In this document: in pieces, positions 19,991 through 29,949 of the stretch
Numbering within the stretch: the first letter of the stretch is position 1
How the letters are laid out: each line of letters opens with the position of its first letter
From: a virus
Lineage: Duplodnaviria > Caudoviricetes
Direction: 5' to 3' (one strand)
DNA length: 64,000 bases
IMG/VR virus record: IMGVR_UViG_2830687482_000006
Coordinates: 11,083-75,082 of that record
The notes under the pieces: model-generated
Database searches by the model: none
Seen by the model: the letters and a program-made list of their open reading frames with translations, nothing else
Told to the model about the DNA's origin: nothing
Program-made: the position numbers and the translations under genes

Positions 19991-21048
19991 CTTCTCAAAA
20001 ATTGATATTAGACGACATGCTCTTGGTGTCAGAGAAAGTTGGCCAGACTTTAATCACCCGGGATCAATACCGGTCCCATGGGAAATTTTCTGATTATGAC
20101 GTTCAGAAAAATTTCGGGAGTTTTAGGGCGGCACGAAGGGCTGCTGGTTTAGAGCCTACGAGAGGGAGCCAGCTACAGTTAAATGCAGTGGGACGGCATT
20201 CGGACCTTGATGCTTATCGCCAAATGAATATCGAAAAGGCTGATTACGCTCAAAAGTATGTTAAGCCAAAAGGAACTCGTTTCCAGACCATGCTTGTGGC
20301 CTCAGATATTCACGACGAACTTTGTGATCCGTTTTGGAGAAGAATTTTTATAGACACTGTGCTTAGAACACAGCCTGATACAGTAATTCTCGGAGGGGAT
20401 ATCTTCGATCTGGCTGAGTTCGGACGGTACAGTGTAGACCCAAGAGATTGGGATATTGTCTCTAAAATCCGTTGGGTTCATGCTTTTCTTTCGGATATTC
20501 GAAACGCAGCAGCAGATACCGAAATAGTTTTTATTGAAGGTAATCATGAGCACCGATTGCTTCGATATCTTACAGACAATGCTCCAACTTTGAAAGTTGT
20601 CCTCTCCGACCTCCATGGTTGGACAGTTCCAAAGCTTTTGGGCTTAGACAAATATGAGGTGCGGTATGTAGCCAGAGCCGATCTTGGTACTTTTAATCAG
20701 TCTAACGTGGTTAAAGAAATTTCCAAAAATTACGAAGTGTTTCATAACTGCTTCTTAGTAGATCACTTCCCCTCAGGAAAAGAAAAAGGGCTACCGGGTG
20801 TAAACGGTCACCACCACTCTCACCTCGTAAACACTCTTTATAGCCATAATTACGGAAGCTACGAATGGCATCAATTGGGATGTGGGCATCGTAGACAAGC
20901 AGAATATTGCGCAGGAGAAAAATGGAACATGGGGTTCGCCACGGTTCATGTGGACACGCACAATCAACTTCCATTGATCGACTATCACTTCATTGGAGAT
21001 TTTGCAAACATACACGGTAAATATTATCTCCGTGGTGAGAATGAGTAA
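19987..21048 (+). CDS. Calcineurin-like metallophosphoesterase with N-terminal homing-endonuclease-associated repeat
   Basis: ASDIH, GGDIFD, EGNHE, GHHH motifs; N-terminal QYRSHGKFS...FGSFRAARRAAGL. Confidence 0.8.
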   Translation: MTSQKLILDDMLLVSEKVGQTLITRDQYRSHGKFSDYDVQKNFGSFRAARRAAGLEPTRGSQLQLNAVGRHSDLDAYRQMNIEKADYAQKYVKPKGTRFQTMLVASDIHDELCDPFWRRIFIDTVLRTQPDTVILGGDIFDLAEFGRYSVDPRDWDIVSKIRWVHAFLSDIRNAAADTEIVFIEGNHEHRLLRYLTDNAPTLKVVLSDLHGWTVPKLLGLDKYEVRYVARADLGTFNQSNVVKEISKNYEVFHNCFLVDHFPSGKEKGLPGVNGHHHSHLVNTLYSHNYGSYEWHQLGCGHRRQAEYCAGEKWNMGFATVHVDTHNQLPLIDYHFIGDFANIHGKYYLRGENE

Positions 21049-21086
21049 CCCTTTACTTTTTCACCCTTTAGCAGTAATAGGATTGA

Positions 21087-24000
21087 ATGCCTCGCCAAAT
21101 TATTGGCTCTAAGGGCGGTGGGGGTGGTAGCAGTTTTGTTACCAAGCCAGATTCGCTGCGGAGCAATGATAGTTTTGAAATCCTTCTAGGCCTCGGTTCT
21201 GGCCGATGGAAGGGGATGGTCGATGGTTTAAAATCCCTAAAAATCAACGGAGTCCCATTGGAGAATACCGATGGGACTTCCAACTTTCAAGATGTGTATG
21301 CCGTTTTCGCAGACGGAAATCCCCTTGAGAACCAGATCGTAAATTTTAAGCTTGGTGGAGGCGGTAACTCCCAATCGGTAACTACTCAGCTAGTAAATAC
21401 TAACACAAATGGTCCCGGAGGTTGGGTAACTGGAGCGGTAAGTACTCCTAATGCGAATTTTATTGACCTCAGATTTATAGTTCAGCAGCTATTTTATCAA
21501 GATGATAAAAGTATTCGGGAAAATACTGCCACCATTGAGGTAGAAATGCGTCCTTCTGGAGGCAATTGGATAAACATTTTCTCGGCTCCAAGTTCTCAAG
21601 GAATTAGTTACGATCCGGACGGTTACGATTATTATGAAGATGACGGTAATTATAACGCTCGGCTCTACTTAGGTAGGGGGTTATTCAACTCTAATGGTAC
21701 AGGATTCAGAGCTTCCAGTAACCCTAACCTAAAAATAACGGGTAAAACCAGTTCGGCTTTTGCTAAAGAGCTTCGAATTGCAGTTCCCAATAAGGGAGCC
21801 TATGCTAATAAGACTTGGGAAGTTCGAGCACGACTTGTAGAGAAAGACACAATAGATAACGACCCCATCTCTGAGCGTCGCAACATTGTCTTTGAAACTG
21901 TCACCGCCATTATTACAGAGCCTCTCGGAGATCACCCAGATTGGGATGGACTTGTATGGTTACAAGTTCACGGAAAAGCCTCAGATCAATTTTCAGGTTT
22001 TCCCGAAATCACTTCTATTTGTGATACCAAAATTTGTCAGGTCCCGGGGCCTTCTGTTTTTAATCCAGAAACCAGAGCGTACTCGCCAGCTACGTGGGAT
22101 GGTTCATTTGTTGAGGCATTTACCACAGACCCCGCGTGGCAGATAAAGGAATTCGTTGAAGACCCTGTGCATGGTCTAGCTGGAATATACCCCGGCTCCA
22201 CTTTAGATAAATGGGATGCTCTAGAAGCCTCTAAATATTTTTCAGAGCAAGTTAGCGACGGCAACGGGGGAACACATCCTCGATTCAGTATGAATCTGAC
22301 TATCAACGAAGCTAAAGATATCGACGAGATGATGCAGTATCTCGCTGGTAGCGTAAATAGCTACACGGAGGATATTGGAAATGGGGTGTGGAGATTTAAG
22401 GTAGATAAGCCTGAGACTCCAGTTATGTTGTTTACCGAAGATAATGTCTTCGGGGAATTTCAATATAGTCACTCAGATATAGATACTAGATTCAATGATT
22501 GGCGAGGAACTTTCCTCGACGAAAGTCTTGACTATGAGACTAATACAGTTAGAGTTTTTGACCAAGCTGATATAGACCAGAATGGAACCAAATTTACTGA
22601 GATTGCTTTGATTGGATGTACCCATCCTCAAGAAGCTTTACGCCGGTTGGTGTTTCGTTTGCGGGTTTCTTTGAATGAATTCCGCTCAGTAATTTTTGAA
22701 ACCAATAGGGTCGGTCGTTATCTCAATCCCCTCGACACTATTTTGGTTGCTGATGGGGCATTGAATCCAGACCATTTAGTTAAAAGTACCAGTAGGGTTG
22801 CCTCCTACTCTGGGACAACTGTGAATCTGTTGAGAGAATTGAGACTCGAACTTGGAGTTAATTACACTGTTCATTTTACTACAACTGATGGTGAGGTTGT
22901 TTCAAGAAACATCACTAATAATTCATCTCAGAGAGGAGATGTTACCCAACTTATAATTAGTTCTCCACTCCCTACAAATATAATGCCTCAATCAGCAGTA
23001 GCTTTGAGTGCGGGGGGATTAGCTGCACTCCCAGTTGCTTATAGAGTAATTAGCGTAGAACGCTCAGAAAATAACGAAGATAACTACGTAATTAACGCTG
23101 TTCAGATCGACACCGGAAAATGGGCAGCGATGGATAACGTCTCTCAGACAGATATTCTTGCTCAAGAATCGGCTATAGCTATAGGCTCTCCAACTGCCCC
23201 CGCTGGTGGTCTTTTCCAACTTGTAGAGTATATTACTGATACTCAACACAAAAGAGTTCTTGAGATAAACTGGAACAGACCTGCAAGTAATTTCTTTGAC
23301 GGTTATAGAGTAGAATATCGGCTAAATAACGGCCCTTGGTTTCTCGCTAACGAGAACCAAAAAGATAGCTTCTTCGAGTTACAAAATCCAGAAGACGGAA
23401 CCTATGATTTCAAAATCACGGCTCTAGACCGTAGAGGTGTTCAATCAAATCCTCTAATTGGTCAGTATGTTCTTAATGGCAGTAGTTACGTAACTCCCCC
23501 AGCACATACCAGAGGACCTTTAACAACAAGACCTCCTCAAGGACCTTATGACGGTTTTCGTTTTACAGTTACGAATGCAAACCCGCCAGTCACACAAGTT
23601 TGGGAAGACGGTAACTGGAGAGATGAGGTAAATCTCGTCACAGAAGGAAGTCAGATTGGAGTAGAAAACGGAGCCACAGTTGGTATGACTCCTGCTGAGG
23701 AAGCCACCCTCTCTCAAATTCTTGTTGATGTGGACGATCTCTATACCACATATGGCAGCACGGCGTCCGCAGCGGCTTCTGCTAGTGCTGCTCAGGCCTA
23801 TTCAACTATCGCTCAGACAGCTGCTACTAATTCTCAAACAGCAAACACCAACGCACAAAGCGCCATGACAGCGGCTCAGACTGCTAGAAATGATGCCATT
23901 ACCCAAGCCACCAACGCGGCAGGTTCTGCATCAACGGCGGCTAGCAGTGCCACTACAGCTACCAATCAGGCTAATGCTGCCGCAGGTAGTGCTACTAGTG

Positions 24001-27000
24001 CTTCCGCTTCCGCAAATATAGCCACCACTCAGGCTGGGAATGCCGCTACCAGCGCCACAGCGGCATCAACATCAGCATCAAGTGCGACTATATCTGCAAC
24101 CAATGCGGGGACCTCAGCGGCAGCCGCTCAAGCCTCAGCAGTATCGGCTTCAACTAGTGCTTTACAAGCCGCTGCAAAAAATGGCCCAAGTTTGAATTAT
24201 AACCCACATTTTGATCAGGGCAAAGAATATTGGTTTATTGGACCATCCGGAACTACTCAAACACTGGGAACAGTAGTTTCAGCTTTTCAAGGAAGAGCAA
24301 ATGTTATTACGGGAAATTATCTATATGGATATAGTGAAAGTATTCCCGTAACTCCGGGAAATAAATATGAATTAAGTATAAGTTTTTATGTTGCGAATGC
24401 TTCTTCCAGACACTACTTAGGAGTAGTTCCCTTTGACGCCAATGGAGTTAGTCTTACACCAAGCAGTGGTTATTATTTTGCCTTTTCTTACTCACAATTT
24501 CCAATAGGTTGGAAAACAACCAGTGCTATCAATGATCTTTCTTCATATCCTACGGCAACTCATGTAAAGATAATTTACCTCGTTAATTATGAAGTACACT
24601 CAGGCACATACGGCGTTGATTATATTCATTTTAATGAGGTAACTGCCAGAGAGGCAGCATCTGGCTCGGCCTCCGCAGCGGCAACCTCAGCATCGAATGC
24701 CTCCATAAGTGCCACCAACGCTGGTAATAGTGCCTCTTCTGCTCTAACAAGTGCTACCAATGCTGCTAGCAGCGCCGGGGCTGCGAATACGTCAGCTGGA
24801 AATGCGGCTACCTCTGCCTCACAGGCAAGCACATCTGCAAGTAACGCAGCGGGTTCAGCCTCTACCGCAAGCACACAGGCGACTAACGCTGCAAACAGTG
24901 CGGGAGCGGCGGCAGGTTCTGCGTCAGCTGCTTCTGGTTCAGCCTCTACCGCAAGCACCCAGGCGACTAACGCTGCAAACAGTGCAACGGCAGCTCAAGG
25001 TTTTTCTGTGTCAGCATCATCAAGTGCTACTGATGCTATTCGCACTGTTGCCTCATCTATGCCCGGAGACTTTGGAGAGGACGGTAGGTTCTTTGCGTAT
25101 GTATACGGTAATGAAACAAATGCCTCTCGCATTGACCAAACTTATCCAAATGTAAGTTATCCAATTGATCCCGTTTATGGAAGAATCTTAAGGTTTGGTG
25201 CACCTAATTCAGGGTATCTAAACGCTACTATCCGTAAAAGGATTAGTACCGCAGTTGCCCGTAGATACCGACTCACTGCCTTTGTTCGTCAAAATAGCAG
25301 CTCCTATGGTGCTTTAAGTGTTTATGTTTTCATTTTCGGTTTAAGTTCTGATTATTCGACTTTGGTTTACGGAGGCCATTTGGCTGAAACATCCGTGCCT
25401 TCTGGGGAAGTCTCATTTGTAAGTAATTTGAATGGGGCAGGTGTTAAGAAGGTTGTCTTAGATTTTGTTCCTCAAGTCGGAGGTACAGCACCTTGGCTTG
25501 CTCCCGGAATTTATTTCTATAATAATACGCCCGGGGATAATTATAATGCGGGGCAACCCGATATTCTTTCGATGAAAGTAGAGGATGTTACAGATAGTTA
25601 CGCCGCTGCCGGTGCGGCTTCCGCAGCGGCAACGAGTGCTTCTCAGGCAAGTACATCTGCCTCAGCAGCAGGAGTGTCTGCAACTTCTGCTTCTAACTCC
25701 GCTAATATGGCGACTGCTCAAGCAGGAAACGCCTCAACCTCGGCGAGTGCAGCAGCAGGCTCTGCTGCTAATGCAAATACCTCAGCCGGTAATGCTGCCA
25801 ATAGTGCTTCAAGTGCTGCTACTTTTTCTAATCTTGCCGCTTCTTTCAAAAACGATGTGGCTGCACTTGAGGGAAATCTTGAATTTAATAGAGGCTTTGA
25901 AGCTTGGTCCCTCAACCAAGATGGTTCAAGCCCCGGGGTTCTCACCTCTGGCTGCTACGTTTCAAATAGTTGGGAGGGAGGTAATTATTTAGTAGCTCCC
26001 TCCAATCAATATTTAGAGGTTTATTCGGTAAAAACATGGGATATTGACCCTAACAGAACCTATAAAATAAGTGCAAATTATGGGGTATGGGCTAATGGCT
26101 CACCGTCTAACACAGCTAGATTCTATATAGGATTTGTAGGCCTCAATGCTTTGGGAGCTTACGTGGATCATGGCAGCTATGGTTCTCTTAGATACTGTAT
26201 TACTCACGGTGCGGGAGGAGGCCCAGCCGTCCTTACCGATGGACAGAGGGTAACTCCTTCTGTTTTAGTTACTGGTTCTGGTAATGATAGTTGGAATAAA
26301 TTTCCTCCCGGAACTGTTAAAATTCGTCTAGCTGCATTTATGAACTATAACGAAGGAGACACAAGTAGAGCAGTAAATACCTATTTAGGATATATGAAAG
26401 TAGAAGATGTTACTGAAAGTCTTTCTGCTGCATCTTCGGCCACCGCAGCGGCGGGTAGCTCAGTTACTGCTGCTCAACATGCAGCTTCTGCACTCTCATA
26501 CGCTGTGCTTTCTGCAAATGTTTCTCGTGGTGCGATAAATCCTAATCCGGGGTTCGATGCGTATCCGAACTCGACAGGATATCCGACAAATTGGGCAGTG
26601 TATTCTTTAGATTCTGGTTATTCCGCTGTAAGCCGCGTGGCTGACAGCAATGGCGGTTGGTCCATGCGTGTTGCTTCTAGTGCTGGAAGTTTTGATAGTA
26701 TTTTTCAGTATTACTCAGGAGGATTAGCTAATATAACCCCCTCCGGTTGGTATGTTGTAGAAGCAGACGTGACTTTAGAAAGTGGAACCCTCTCTGGCAC
26801 TGGTATTTGGTGCGATTGTTGGTCTGCTCCAGATATAGGTTATTCGCTTGGAGCTGGCCTTTCGTTCTTTTCTGATCCAGATGTCACGGGAGCAGCTCCG
26901 GGGAGCGGAACGGCAGGTAAACGCTATCGCTATGCTAAACTAATTCAAGTAACATCCACAACAAATGTTATGCGCATTTATGCCACGAATAACTATGTCG

Positions 27001-27476
27001 GAGGTCCTTTCGGCTCTACTGCTGGGGCCAAAACTTTGATCTGGCATTACGCAGCTATTCGTCCAGCTACTCAGGCAGAAATCAGAGATCGGACCGTCCT
27101 AGCTCCTCTACAAGCAACTGTTGCTGTACATTCTGGAGCTATTGCTACTCTGCAAGGTGAAAGCACAGCCTATTGGCAAGTTGAAGGTAATGCTGGCTCT
27201 GGTGCGGATTTCTTTATCAGTGCTAGAGCTAGGTCAGCCTATGGTAGTGCACCTTCAAGTAATGTAAGCTTCGGAGCTAGAGAAATTCACCTCTACAACC
27301 CGAGTGGAGCCAACTGGAAGAAAGCATTATCTATTGAAAATGGCAATGCAGTGTTCTATGGAGAATTGGCTGTAGGGGGAACTTCTGGGGCAAGAACAAC
27401 CATTAACAAAAACATCATTAAAGTATTTGACACTTCGAATGTGGTTCGAATAAAAATTGGAGACTTGAGTCTATAA
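21087..27476 (+). CDS. Central tail fibre/host-specificity protein J with Ala/Ser/Thr linkers and carbohydrate-binding-like modules
   Basis: 2129 aa; lambda J-like N-terminus (GSKGGGG, TTDPAW), FnIII-like region, SASAAATSA repeats alternating with NPxFD/N..F..W beta-sandwich modules. Confidence 0.88.
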   Translation: MPRQIIGSKGGGGGSSFVTKPDSLRSNDSFEILLGLGSGRWKGMVDGLKSLKINGVPLENTDGTSNFQDVYAVFADGNPLENQIVNFKLGGGGNSQSVTTQLVNTNTNGPGGWVTGAVSTPNANFIDLRFIVQQLFYQDDKSIRENTATIEVEMRPSGGNWINIFSAPSSQGISYDPDGYDYYEDDGNYNARLYLGRGLFNSNGTGFRASSNPNLKITGKTSSAFAKELRIAVPNKGAYANKTWEVRARLVEKDTIDNDPISERRNIVFETVTAIITEPLGDHPDWDGLVWLQVHGKASDQFSGFPEITSICDTKICQVPGPSVFNPETRAYSPATWDGSFVEAFTTDPAWQIKEFVEDPVHGLAGIYPGSTLDKWDALEASKYFSEQVSDGNGGTHPRFSMNLTINEAKDIDEMMQYLAGSVNSYTEDIGNGVWRFKVDKPETPVMLFTEDNVFGEFQYSHSDIDTRFNDWRGTFLDESLDYETNTVRVFDQADIDQNGTKFTEIALIGCTHPQEALRRLVFRLRVSLNEFRSVIFETNRVGRYLNPLDTILVADGALNPDHLVKSTSRVASYSGTTVNLLRELRLELGVNYTVHFTTTDGEVVSRNITNNSSQRGDVTQLIISSPLPTNIMPQSAVALSAGGLAALPVAYRVISVERSENNEDNYVINAVQIDTGKWAAMDNVSQTDILAQESAIAIGSPTAPAGGLFQLVEYITDTQHKRVLEINWNRPASNFFDGYRVEYRLNNGPWFLANENQKDSFFELQNPEDGTYDFKITALDRRGVQSNPLIGQYVLNGSSYVTPPAHTRGPLTTRPPQGPYDGFRFTVTNANPPVTQVWEDGNWRDEVNLVTEGSQIGVENGATVGMTPAEEATLSQILVDVDDLYTTYGSTASAAASASAAQAYSTIAQTAATNSQTANTNAQSAMTAAQTARNDAITQATNAAGSASTAASSATTATNQANAAAGSATSASASANIATTQAGNAATSATAASTSASSATISATNAGTSAAAAQASAVSASTSALQAAAKNGPSLNYNPHFDQGKEYWFIGPSGTTQTLGTVVSAFQGRANVITGNYLYGYSESIPVTPGNKYELSISFYVANASSRHYLGVVPFDANGVSLTPSSGYYFAFSYSQFPIGWKTTSAINDLSSYPTATHVKIIYLVNYEVHSGTYGVDYIHFNEVTAREAASGSASAAATSASNASISATNAGNSASSALTSATNAASSAGAANTSAGNAATSASQASTSASNAAGSASTASTQATNAANSAGAAAGSASAASGSASTASTQATNAANSATAAQGFSVSASSSATDAIRTVASSMPGDFGEDGRFFAYVYGNETNASRIDQTYPNVSYPIDPVYGRILRFGAPNSGYLNATIRKRISTAVARRYRLTAFVRQNSSSYGALSVYVFIFGLSSDYSTLVYGGHLAETSVPSGEVSFVSNLNGAGVKKVVLDFVPQVGGTAPWLAPGIYFYNNTPGDNYNAGQPDILSMKVEDVTDSYAAAGAASAAATSASQASTSASAAGVSATSASNSANMATAQAGNASTSASAAAGSAANANTSAGNAANSASSAATFSNLAASFKNDVAALEGNLEFNRGFEAWSLNQDGSSPGVLTSGCYVSNSWEGGNYLVAPSNQYLEVYSVKTWDIDPNRTYKISANYGVWANGSPSNTARFYIGFVGLNALGAYVDHGSYGSLRYCITHGAGGGPAVLTDGQRVTPSVLVTGSGNDSWNKFPPGTVKIRLAAFMNYNEGDTSRAVNTYLGYMKVEDVTESLSAASSATAAAGSSVTAAQHAASALSYAVLSANVSRGAINPNPGFDAYPNSTGYPTNWAVYSLDSGYSAVSRVADSNGGWSMRVASSAGSFDSIFQYYSGGLANITPSGWYVVEADVTLESGTLSGTGIWCDCWSAPDIGYSLGAGLSFFSDPDVTGAAPGSGTAGKRYRYAKLIQVTSTTNVMRIYATNNYVGGPFGSTAGAKTLIWHYAAIRPATQAEIRDRTVLAPLQATVAVHSGAIATLQGESTAYWQVEGNAGSGADFFISARARSAYGSAPSSNVSFGAREIHLYNPSGANWKKALSIENGNAVFYGELAVGGTSGARTTINKNIIKVFDTSNVVRIKIGDLSL
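24852..24985 (+). repeat. 50-bp direct repeat (two copies, 84-bp period, one mismatch) in the fibre linker
   Basis: GGTTCAGCCTCTACCGCAAGCAC(A/C)CAGGCGACTAACGCTGCAAACAGTGC at 24852-24901 and 24936-24985. Confidence 0.9.
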
Positions 27477-27760
27477 TGGCACACGGAATGCAAATTTTCG
27501 ATGCAGCAGGAAATCTCATGCTGGATACGACTGATAATACTTTGAAGGATATTCTGTCTTACGCCAACGCGGTGGTAACCTCTAATGGAGATATTACGGG
27601 GGTCACTAGTTTGACTCCTGATAGTATCGCTTTAGTTGCAGACAACACTGGGGGTACCATCGATGTCCCTATAGTAGAACCAGATTATCTCAACAACAAG
27701 ATAAAAGTCTATTATGGAAACTCTGGATTCGACGCAAGTATTCGAATGATGGAGTTCTAA
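27476..27760 (+). CDS. Small tail-tip accessory protein
   Basis: MAHGMQIFDAAGNL N-terminal motif typical of proteins following J. Confidence 0.55.
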   Translation: MAHGMQIFDAAGNLMLDTTDNTLKDILSYANAVVTSNGDITGVTSLTPDSIALVADNTGGTIDVPIVEPDYLNNKIKVYYGNSGFDASIRMMEF

Positions 27761-28443
27761 TGGCTTACGGAGCAGAATTTTACAACGACTCAGGGAAGGT
27801 TCAGCTTTCTTCGGAAGTCTCCAATTTTTATATGGCTGAAAAAGGAACTATAACTCTTTCAACTTCCACCAGCACGATCACAATAACACCAACAGTTTCT
27901 TACGATGCCATAGCTTTGGTAATCGAGGGAGGAACTATTATTCCCGGAGAGATGTATGCAACCACAGTAGCCGCTAATACTTCCAAGACCTTTACAGTTC
28001 GGGGTACTTCGGCAACTGGTAGCGGCCCCTCAGGAGCGGTAATTAAATGGTACGCCTTTAGAAGTTATCGACATCTTTCTCCCGCAACAACCGGACATGG
28101 CATGGAAATCTATACTAGCACGGGGCAAGTGGCTTTCTCTTCTCTTTATCCTCAAATAATGAAGGGGTTCAAGATTCCAATCTCAAGCGCAAGCACCTTG
28201 GACACACCTTTGGACTCTTCGAAAACTTATGCCTTTATCAGTTATGGTACTAGTAGAGGAATAGGAACCTATAGTGAGCCTATGGGAGGAGGAGCAACTC
28301 TCACTGGTAACAGAAATCTGATGACTATCAAAACCTCTTCTTCAAATATAAGAGTAATCTTTTCTTCCCCCAGAACGTCACCAGCAGCTTTTCCTGCCGC
28401 ATTTTCTGGAGGTTTGATAGCCCTTGATGTTACAAATTATTGA
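27760..28443 (+). CDS. Tail-tip accessory protein (two xYG...N..G repeats)
   Basis: MAYGAEFYNDSG and GHGMEIYTSTG internal repeat. Confidence 0.55.
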   Translation: MAYGAEFYNDSGKVQLSSEVSNFYMAEKGTITLSTSTSTITITPTVSYDAIALVIEGGTIIPGEMYATTVAANTSKTFTVRGTSATGSGPSGAVIKWYAFRSYRHLSPATTGHGMEIYTSTGQVAFSSLYPQIMKGFKIPISSASTLDTPLDSSKTYAFISYGTSRGIGTYSEPMGGGATLTGNRNLMTIKTSSSNIRVIFSSPRTSPAAFPAAFSGGLIALDVTNY

Positions 28444-28795
28444 AATCCTTGGTAAAGGTAGAGGAGTAATTTCAACAGAGGCTATTTCTCAAGACTCAGA
28501 AATTGCAAGGTATGAGCTACTGATCTTAAATGAAATGACCGAGCAATTAAGACTGTATTCTTACCCCTACCCCTTTGATCTAAATGGCTTTTTTGAAGAT
28601 GATTCTGGCCGATTTTGTTTAGCTTTAGGAGAAGCAACTCTCTTGAACACCTCGGCAGACCCAAACGTACAATGGGAAATAACTCCAGAGTTTCTGATAA
28701 TTCGAGCAAAAAAAGCAATTAAAGCTGGAAAAGAGTTGACAATCTCATATGGCTTCTCTAAGGAGGAAATTGATCAGAAAGGATGGATCACATGA
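28424..28795 (+). CDS. SET-domain protein (putative lysine methyltransferase)
   Basis: GKGRGV, ALGEATLLNTSADPN (NHSxxPN-like) and KELTISYG motifs in a 123-aa stand-alone domain. Confidence 0.8.
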   Translation: MMLQIIEILGKGRGVISTEAISQDSEIARYELLILNEMTEQLRLYSYPYPFDLNGFFEDDSGRFCLALGEATLLNTSADPNVQWEITPEFLIIRAKKAIKAGKELTISYGFSKEEIDQKGWIT

Positions 28796-29145
28796 AATAT
28801 TTTGCAATCTTACTAGCCTTATTGGCTACTTCTGCTTATGCCTCTCAAAGAGTAGCTAAAGATTATTTCCACTGGGGTAAACCCGAATTCACTAATTCAA
28901 AAGTTCAAGTAGAAGTCATTTATGTAGAATCTAGAAAAGAGCTTCTTGAACTCTTAATTGCTAAAGGTGGCTCCAATGAAAAGCGAGACGGAGAAAGTAA
29001 GCCTCCCAAATTGAACGCTTTCTCTATAGTTCGCAAGAATAAAGCCACATGCACAATTTACACTCTTAACCCTAAAGTAGAGTATAAGCCAGAGTTTTTG
29101 GGCCATGAAATGTTTCATTGTCTTCATGGACGTTGGCACGATTAA
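28783..29145 (+). CDS. Secreted protein with HExxH zinc-binding motif
   Basis: Signal peptide KYFAILLALLATSAYA; C-terminal GHEMFHCLHGRWH. Confidence 0.6.
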   Translation: MDHMKYFAILLALLATSAYASQRVAKDYFHWGKPEFTNSKVQVEVIYVESRKELLELLIAKGGSNEKRDGESKPPKLNAFSIVRKNKATCTIYTLNPKVEYKPEFLGHEMFHCLHGRWHD

Positions 29146-29156
29146 AGGAGAATAAG

Positions 29157-29639
29157 ATGCAGTTACCATTGATTAAACTACAACAATCTAATGAGCAGCC
29201 GCTTTATGTAAGTCCAGCCGATATTTTGGTGTTGGAGTCGGCTACCAAGCAGGAGAAAAAAGAAGATAAAGCTCACTCCAGTAGTGTTCTTTTTGGTTCG
29301 GAAAACAACTTGACTTACGCTCGCCTGAATATCCCATTCGCTAGACTGAAAAAAATGGCTGGTAATAGGCCAAGAATTTCTTTGACTGCTGTTCCTGCTG
29401 ATCAAGATTCAGGCCCAGAGAATGATCGAGAAATGTTAGTGCCAGTTGAGTGGGTGAGATCAATCGTGGGCATTACTGACCATAAGCGAGCAGCATCTCG
29501 GGTGTCGATTTCTTTCCCTCAAGGAATTCAATCTATTCCTGTAACCAACTCGGCGGAAGATATCTATGAGGCTATTTCTGCTGAAACCCCTCAACTTCCA
29601 GAAATCCCAGAAGGAGTAACAGAAGATGGCGAAGAATGA
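29157..29639 (+). CDS. Hypothetical protein (two similar small beta domains)
   Basis: Start moved to ATG 29157 behind RBS AAAGGAG. Confidence 0.5.
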   Translation: MQLPLIKLQQSNEQPLYVSPADILVLESATKQEKKEDKAHSSSVLFGSENNLTYARLNIPFARLKKMAGNRPRISLTAVPADQDSGPENDREMLVPVEWVRSIVGITDHKRAASRVSISFPQGIQSIPVTNSAEDIYEAISAETPQLPEIPEGVTEDGEE

Positions 29640-29922
29640 TACTGCAATTATTGAGGACCCACAAGAAGTAGAAGCCCTAAGGGTTAGGCTAACTGCTCAC
29701 GAAACAGCAGTGGCTATGAAAGCTAGAGAAGAAAGAGCTGCTCAGGTTGAGCCTCTGAATAAGTTTCTTGCAGCTGAATCTACAAAAGAGTTTTTTGACA
29801 CTATAGATAAGCTGCCAAAAGACTTAGATAATGATTCTGAGGTCGGGAGTTTGATTCAAGTTCTTCGAAGCACGAAAAGAGTTTTTGATAATTTGAGTTC
29901 TTATCCCTCACTACAAAAATAA
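29626..29922 (+). CDS. Hypothetical protein
   Basis: 98-aa ORF coupled to the previous gene. Confidence 0.5.
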   Translation: MAKNDTAIIEDPQEVEALRVRLTAHETAVAMKAREERAAQVEPLNKFLAAESTKEFFDTIDKLPKDLDNDSEVGSLIQVLRSTKRVFDNLSSYPSLQK

Positions 29923-29949
29923 AAAAGGCCCCTAACGGGGCCTTTTTTT
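29922..29949. terminator. Bidirectional rho-independent terminator at the convergence of the late and early blocks
   Basis: AAAAAAGGCCCC-TAAC-GGGGCCTTTTTTT. Confidence 0.9.

Noticed and set aside
24626-25992. Ala-rich and Leu/Gln-rich alternative-frame ORFs inside the fibre gene
   Set aside because: Shadows of the repetitive Ala/Ser/Thr codons of the J protein.
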